From positions 1 through 58,798 of the IMG/VR virus record IMGVR_UViG_3300031939_000002: 58,798 nt of DNA; one strand, written 5' to 3'. The DNA is from a virus. Lineage: Duplodnaviria > Caudoviricetes. The notes under the pieces are model-generated. The model saw only the letters and a list, made by a program, of their open reading frames with translations, was not told the origin of the DNA and did no database searches. A program made the translations under genes and the position numbers. Of the stretch, positions 53,843-58,798 are shown in pieces (the stretch's first letter is position 1; every line of letters begins with the position of its first letter).

Positions 53843-54804
53843 GCGGGCACTCCCTGAAGCTCGTCGGCGATGGCCTGGGCGATGGGCAGGCCGGTGGCGT
53901 GCTCGATCCAGTCCCACTGCCCGCACGGGTTCGCCTCGAGGAACGTCCACGCGCCGTCGGGGCTGACGATGAAGTCGAGGGCGGCGAAGCGCAGGCCGAG
54001 GTCGCGCATGTAGCTTCGCACGCCTGCGGCGACGTCGTCAGGGACTTCGGTGGTCCGGTAGGTCAGCGAGGCGTAGTCGGCGCGCCAGTCGGTGTGTGCG
54101 GTGTCGCTGCCGGCGTGGACCTCTGCGGCCAGGAGCCGGTCCCCGACCACGGTGAGGCGTACCTCGTACGCTTTGTCGACCCAGCCCTGGAACAGATGGG
54201 CGGTGGTCTCGATGCCGCGCAAGTCGTCGATGTCGGCCACGGAGACGCGGTGGGTGTAGACCGTCTTCAGCTGGTCGTCCTCGATGAGCACGGGTGAGGC
54301 GACAGGCTTGCAGATGACGTTGCCGTGCAGGTCGTCGACGAACCGGCGGACGGCGTCGGAACAGTTGGTGAGGAGAGTGGGCGGGATGGCCAGCCCGCAG
54401 GCTCGCGCGGTGGCGAGCTGGAGCGGCTTGTACTCGGCCCGGGACATCATGCTGGGGTGGTTGACCCATCGGCAGTTGAGGGCGGTGATGATGCCGCCGA
54501 GGCCGGCGCGAGCCTGGGCGGCGGCGAAGCGTTTCTCGGGCTCCGACATGCCGGCGGGCAGGTCGAAGGGGTTCGGGGCGCGGTAGTAGACGGCGGTGAT
54601 GTCGGCGAGGTCGACGGTGCGGTGGGGAGTGGCGAGCTGGCCGGCCCACCCTCGCCGGGCGTCGATGCGCCCGGCGAGGGTGAGGTCCTGCGGGAACTCG
54701 CTGGTGTCCATGCGGAACACCTCCGCACCGCCGTCGGTGAGGGCCTTGATGACGCGGTCGGTCGGCCAGTCGTCATGGGCCGCGATCACGAGAACGGCGG
54801 GCAT
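53839..54804 (-). CDS. ATP-grasp RiPP maturase
   Basis: VYYRAP, WVNHP, EYKPLQL, PPTLLTN, ICKP, LFQ..VDKAYEVR, DWR, FLEANPCGQW. Confidence 0.93.
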   Translation of the reverse strand: MPAVLVIAAHDDWPTDRVIKALTDGGAEVFRMDTSEFPQDLTLAGRIDARRGWAGQLATPHRTVDLADITAVYYRAPNPFDLPAGMSEPEKRFAAAQARAGLGGIITALNCRWVNHPSMMSRAEYKPLQLATARACGLAIPPTLLTNCSDAVRRFVDDLHGNVICKPVASPVLIEDDQLKTVYTHRVSVADIDDLRGIETTAHLFQGWVDKAYEVRLTVVGDRLLAAEVHAGSDTAHTDWRADYASLTYRTTEVPDDVAAGVRSYMRDLGLRFAALDFIVSPDGAWTFLEANPCGQWDWIEHATGLPIAQAIADELQGVPA

Positions 54805-54811
54805 CAGGGCA

Positions 54812-55102
54812 TCAGTCCTTCGTGCCCTCGTCGAGCGGCGGGGGATTCTTCACATTGCCGTCGGGAACGGTCGGGCTGTGCGTCTGCATGAAGGGCAGCG
54901 GCCCATCGAACAGGCCGACCGACATCTGCAGGGTCGGGTCGTATACGGCGAGCGGCAGCACGGTCGCCTGAGAGGCGTCCGGGGTGCGGGCGAAGCGCAG
55001 AATCCACGGCCGGCTGTCCGGGCCGGTCGGGGGCTCGGTGCTGTGAGGGATGCGCCCGCCCTCGGGTGCGAGCGGGAACGCGTCCCGCATGTCCACCGTC
55101 AT
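54812..55102 (-). CDS. Graspetide (graspimiditide-type) precursor peptide
   Basis: Leader RPWILR..YDPTLQ; core THSPTVPDGNVKNPPPLDEGTKD. Confidence 0.85.
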   Translation of the reverse strand: MTVDMRDAFPLAPEGGRIPHSTEPPTGPDSRPWILRFARTPDASQATVLPLAVYDPTLQMSVGLFDGPLPFMQTHSPTVPDGNVKNPPPLDEGTKD

Positions 55103-55286
55103 CGGTAGTCCTTTCATCGGTGGGTGAAGGGCCCGCGCCTTCGCCGGGGTACGGGGCGAAGACGCGGGCGCTGGGGGCCCGCCCCACCGGAGGCTTGTGG
55201 AAGCTCTGGCGGGGCGAGCGGGCCCGTCACGCCGGGATTTGCGATGCCACCGGCGAGACGGGAGTCTGACGAGCCCTGCCAGCGCG

Positions 55287-55574
55287 CTACGAGCTGCTGG
55301 CCGCGCCGGGCGGCATGAACAGGCTGCGGGCGCGGTGCTCTGCCCACAGATCGATGTCACCGTGCTTGGCGTAGTGCGTGCACAGGGCGCAGTCTGCGCC
55401 GTGGGTCTCCGGCACCTCGTCGGGGTGGTCAGTCGTGATGTGCCGGGCGAGCGTCATCTGCTCGTGGGAGGAACCCGGCTCCGTCGTCGAGCGCCTGATG
55501 AGCCGGTCAAGCAGGATGGTGCATCGACCGCATCGCCACATGAACGGCGGCGGTAAGGGCCACGGAGAGTCCAT
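55287..55574 (-). CDS. Small Cys/His protein with TTA at codon 7
   Basis: CGRC..LARHI..H..CALC; ATG GAC TCT CCG TGG CCC TTA. Confidence 0.7.
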   Translation of the reverse strand: MDSPWPLPPPFMWRCGRCTILLDRLIRRSTTEPGSSHEQMTLARHITTDHPDEVPETHGADCALCTHYAKHGDIDLWAEHRARSLFMPPGAASSS

Positions 55575-55715
55575 CAGTGTCGGCCTCGCTGAGGTCTTGG
55601 AACCCGTCCTGCCAGAGGTCTTGCGGAGCCTCCGGCAGGACGGGCGTGTAGGTGCGGCCCTATCCCGAAGCGGCCGCCATGGGGCCCCGTTACGCCGGGG
55701 CAGACGGGGTGTGGC

Positions 55716-56186
55716 TCAGCGACGGACAGTGTCCGCGCACGTGATGTGCACTCGGCCGGGCTGGGCCGGCCCGCCGCGCTCGAACGGCTCCCAGGCGTCC
55801 TCAAGGGGCTTGTCGCAGAGCAGGCACATCCGCAGACCGGTCAGGACGTCGTAGTGATCGCACGCGGCGAGCACCGACGCGGCGAGCAGCTTCACCCGCT
55901 TCACTTCGCCCTGGAGCCCCGGAGCCTCGGCTGCGCCGAGCCGGTGGCGCGCCTCGGCGAGCGCGGCCAGAGCCACCTTCGCGGGCACGTCGTCGTCGGG
56001 CTGGCCGGCGGCCAGTTCCTCGACGAGCGGGAGCAGCTCGCCCAGCGTCGCGCGGAAGTCCTTCTCGAAGCCCTGCACGGTGCCGTGGCGCGGTAGCGTC
56101 TTCTGGTCGAGGAACCAGCTCGCTGCGGCGCGCACGGTGACTCGGGTGAGGGTGCTGCTTTCCGCTTTCGTCCGGACGTCGTTCAC
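55716..56186 (-). CDS. DUF6415-like protein
   Basis: LRATLGELLP-like, DDVPAKVALAA..EARHRL..LAASVLAACDHY. Confidence 0.7.
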   Translation of the reverse strand: MNDVRTKAESSTLTRVTVRAAASWFLDQKTLPRHGTVQGFEKDFRATLGELLPLVEELAAGQPDDDVPAKVALAALAEARHRLGAAEAPGLQGEVKRVKLLAASVLAACDHYDVLTGLRMCLLCDKPLEDAWEPFERGGPAQPGRVHITCADTVRR

Positions 56187-56395
56187 CGGGCGCCCTCGGT
56201 CACCACACGGTGGATGGGGCAGCAGCATGGCGGATAGCCGACGCTGAGCGGGATGGGCACCGGCTTGTGCCGGTAGGGCACGGTCACGGTGGCGCGCGCC
56301 GGGGTCTGCGCGCCCTCGCTGGTCACCGTGTAGACCCGGATGGTCATCTTGGCACCCTCTGGGCGCTGTCGGCCCGGGGCGGTACGGTTCTTCAT
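56183..56395 (-). CDS. Small hypothetical protein
   Basis: MTIRVYTV..YPPCCCPIH. Confidence 0.65.
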   Translation of the reverse strand: MKNRTAPGRQRPEGAKMTIRVYTVTSEGAQTPARATVTVPYRHKPVPIPLSVGYPPCCCPIHRVVTEGAR

Positions 56396-56474
56396 GTCGA
56401 CGCTCCTTCGAAGCGTTGGCCATGCCCCCGGGCCGGTCGCACGGTCGCGGGGGTCTGTCTTCTCGCTGCGCTAC

Positions 56475-56672
56475 TCACGCGACGGCCGCTCTGGCCCTGC
56501 ATCCGCATGTGACGATCTGCCACACGCGGGCGCCACCGCGGACCACGACGTGGCCCGCCGCGCGCAGGGTCTTGGTGACGGCTCCGCAGTCGAAACAGGC
56601 TTCACCGTGCAGTCGGGCGATGCTCACGCCGCCCTCGATCATCGTGGGCGCGGGTGGGATTGCGTCGTTCAT
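56475..56672 (-). CDS. Small zinc-binding hypothetical protein
   Basis: LHGEACFDCG..LRAAG..VTCGC. Confidence 0.6.
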   Translation of the reverse strand: MNDAIPPAPTMIEGGVSIARLHGEACFDCGAVTKTLRAAGHVVVRGGARVWQIVTCGCRARAAVA

Positions 56673-56768
56673 CCCCCGCTCCCATCTGCTCGGCGTTCTG
56701 TGCGTGAGACAGATGGTGGGGGCTGGCGTGCACAACAAGTACCCCGGCTAGGGGTAGTTGGGAGCGGC

Positions 56769-57956
56769 TCAGGTGGCGGAGCACCATTCGGCGAAGTTCG
56801 TCAGACTCTCGGAGTCCGCCCGCTTCAGCCGGCGTAGCGTGGACGCGTCCTCGCGAACCCACGGGTGCTCCCGTGTGTGCTGGGGCGCGATGTGGCGGGC
56901 GACCTTCAGCGACTCGAAAGCATCGCTGGCGAGCCCGGACCACAGCTGGGCACGCGCGAGCTCGATGTAGAAGCCGCTGCGGCGCTCCGCCGTTAGGTCC
57001 TTACCGGGCTTCCATTCGCGGGCGACGTCGAGGGCCCGGCCGACGTGATCACCGCCGAGGCTGACTGCCACGGACACTTCGTGGACGCGTACCGAGTCCG
57101 GGCCGAACGCCGTACCGCCGTACACGCCTTCGGGCACCCGGTCAGCCAGGACCTGCGCCTCGCCGAGGTGGATGGTCACCGCCGATGCGTCGCAGGCCCG
57201 GCCGGCGACGACCGCGGCCCGCATGTGCAGTGCTCCGCGCGCCGCGATCTCTCCCGGGGTGGTGGGGGCCGGCGCGAGGTCGAGGGCCTGGTGCAGAGCA
57301 CGCAGGCCAGCATTGTGGGCGCGGGCGGCGAAGAAGGTCTCGGTCCGCACGTACGCGACGGTCGCGGTCAGCAGCGGGTCGTCCGCCTCGGGGGCGGCCC
57401 ACCGCATGAGGTCGACGAGCCGCGCGGACAGGTCACGGGCGCCGAACTTGTAGGCGACGGCGTCCGCGCTGCGGTAGGCCCTGACGAGTAGCCCGGCCAG
57501 TTCAGCCCGGTCTGCGACGGCAGCGTGGTAGGCGCGCGCCAGTTCGGCCAGCAGGTCCGGGAGCTCACAAGCAATGCGCGTGTACTGGGCGGCCAGTCGC
57601 CACCGGGTCGCCTCAGCGACCGCGGTGCGTAGCTCCTGCACAGGGCGCACAGGCCCCTCTTCGGGCAGGTCGTACGTGGCGATCGCTGCGGACAGCGCGG
57701 GCAGCGCCTCGTGGACCCGGGTCTGAGCGGTGCCGCGGTCCGTACGAAGCCGGGACGGGTCGATGCCCAGAGCACCGGCGATCGCTTCCAGCGTGTCGTC
57801 GGTGACGCCGCGCTCCCCGCGCTCGATCTTGCGGATCGTGCCCAGCGCTACGCACGCCGCATCCGCGAGCTGCTGCTGTGTCATCTTCGGGCGTACGACA
57901 CTGCGGTAGTAGGCGATCCGCCGGCCCACGCCGCCGTCGTTGGTCTCTGCGGGCAT
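56769..57956 (-). CDS. XRE HTH regulator with helical C-terminal domain
   Basis: VGRRIAYYR..MTQQQLADAA..IRKIERGER; TAFGPDSVRVH; ARHIAPQHTR. Confidence 0.88.
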   Translation of the reverse strand: MPAETNDGGVGRRIAYYRSVVRPKMTQQQLADAACVALGTIRKIERGERGVTDDTLEAIAGALGIDPSRLRTDRGTAQTRVHEALPALSAAIATYDLPEEGPVRPVQELRTAVAEATRWRLAAQYTRIACELPDLLAELARAYHAAVADRAELAGLLVRAYRSADAVAYKFGARDLSARLVDLMRWAAPEADDPLLTATVAYVRTETFFAARAHNAGLRALHQALDLAPAPTTPGEIAARGALHMRAAVVAGRACDASAVTIHLGEAQVLADRVPEGVYGGTAFGPDSVRVHEVSVAVSLGGDHVGRALDVAREWKPGKDLTAERRSGFYIELARAQLWSGLASDAFESLKVARHIAPQHTREHPWVREDASTLRRLKRADSESLTNFAEWCSAT

Positions 57957-58056
57957 ACTGGCTCCAGTTCGGTGCGTCCACTCCGAACCGTACTCGCGTC
58001 GAGACACTGCGTGTACGCGAACGGCCCCATCCGCTTCAGCTGATGGGGCCGTTCGG

Positions 58057-58716
58057 TCACCTGCCAGTGATCCGGGTGAGGTCCGTGAGACTGTCGACCC
58101 GCCAGTCCGCGGCCGCCACCACGTCCGGATCATCCGCCCACAGGTGCCCCCACGGGCCGCGGCGCAGGTGCGCAGTCCGCAGGCCCGCCGCCCGAGCCGG
58201 GAAGAGGTCGTTCGCCGGGTGGTCGCCGACGTACACCGTCCGGTCCGGGGCCGCCTGCGCCACCTCCAGCACCCGCCGGAAGAACGCCGCCTGCGGCTTG
58301 GCCACGCCCCACTCCCCTGACGTTACGATCAGGTCCGCCGGCAGGCCCAGGGCGCGCAGCAGCACCGAGGCCCGGACGGTCTGGTTGCCGGCGATGACGA
58401 CCCGCACACCCTGGCCTCGCAATGCCGACAGCGCCGGCCGCACGTCGTCGTACAGGTCGCCCTCGTCCAGCTGCTCGCCGCGCCCGGCCGCGTCCCGGGC
58501 CCGGTACTCGGCGGCGACGTCGATGCCTGGGCGCACGAGCCGGAGGGCTTCGGAGTTGTCCTGCCCCTGTGCGACGACGGCCCCGACGAGCGCGGAGAGC
58601 GTGTGTCTCGGAACGTTCAGCCAGTCAGCCCAGGACGCCCAGTAGCGATCGTCACGAGTGATCGTCTCGCCGACGTCGAACACGATGGTCTCAATGGTCT
58701 CAATGGTCGCAGTCAC
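58057..58716 (-). CDS. HAD-superfamily hydrolase
   Basis: FDVGET, AGNQ, WGVAKP, YVGDHPAND. Confidence 0.9.
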   Translation of the reverse strand: MTATIETIETIVFDVGETITRDDRYWASWADWLNVPRHTLSALVGAVVAQGQDNSEALRLVRPGIDVAAEYRARDAAGRGEQLDEGDLYDDVRPALSALRGQGVRVVIAGNQTVRASVLLRALGLPADLIVTSGEWGVAKPQAAFFRRVLEVAQAAPDRTVYVGDHPANDLFPARAAGLRTAHLRRGPWGHLWADDPDVVAAADWRVDSLTDLTRITGR

Positions 58717-58798
58717 TCCCCGACCCTACGGTGCCGTCACAGTCGCCTGGGGAACCGAACGGGACCGTAGGCTGGCCGCGCAGTTGGGCCCCCGGTGA

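Larger units (their letters stand above)
1..58798. mobile_element. Temperate siphophage of an actinomycete (probably Streptomyces)
   Basis: Structural, packaging, lysis, replication, immunity and integration modules all present; extent to the right of attP is inferred. Confidence 0.85.

Noticed and set aside
58717-58798. Window ends joining as a circle with position 1
   Set aside because: No terminal redundancy; the joined frame gives an unconvincing collagen C-terminus running into the HAD gene.

Overview
High-GC Streptomyces-type temperate siphophage, almost all on the - strand. Reading right to left: a cargo cassette (HAD hydrolase, XRE regulator, small genes, and an ATP-grasp + PIMT RiPP cluster of graspimiditide type); an apparently intact attP; large serine integrase; repressor/Cro switch; an early/replication operon (LuxR-HTH, RusA, wHTH initiator, HU, WhiB); a HAS/NodC-like GT2 synthase preceded by an unannotated LAXTG micro-protein; a tRNA gene with an 8-nt anticodon loop abutting a PD-(D/E)XK nuclease; many small hypotheticals; HNH, TerS, TerL, portal, protease, HK97 capsid; tail genes with a probable chaperone frameshift and a tape measure protein; then GH25 endolysin, holin and a collagen-like gene cut by the window edge. 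Most striking unexplained signal: three tandem ~110-nt structured RNA units at 45786-46142 with compensatory stem changes and a consensus kink-turn in each. All family assignments are from motif recognition by eye, not database searches.
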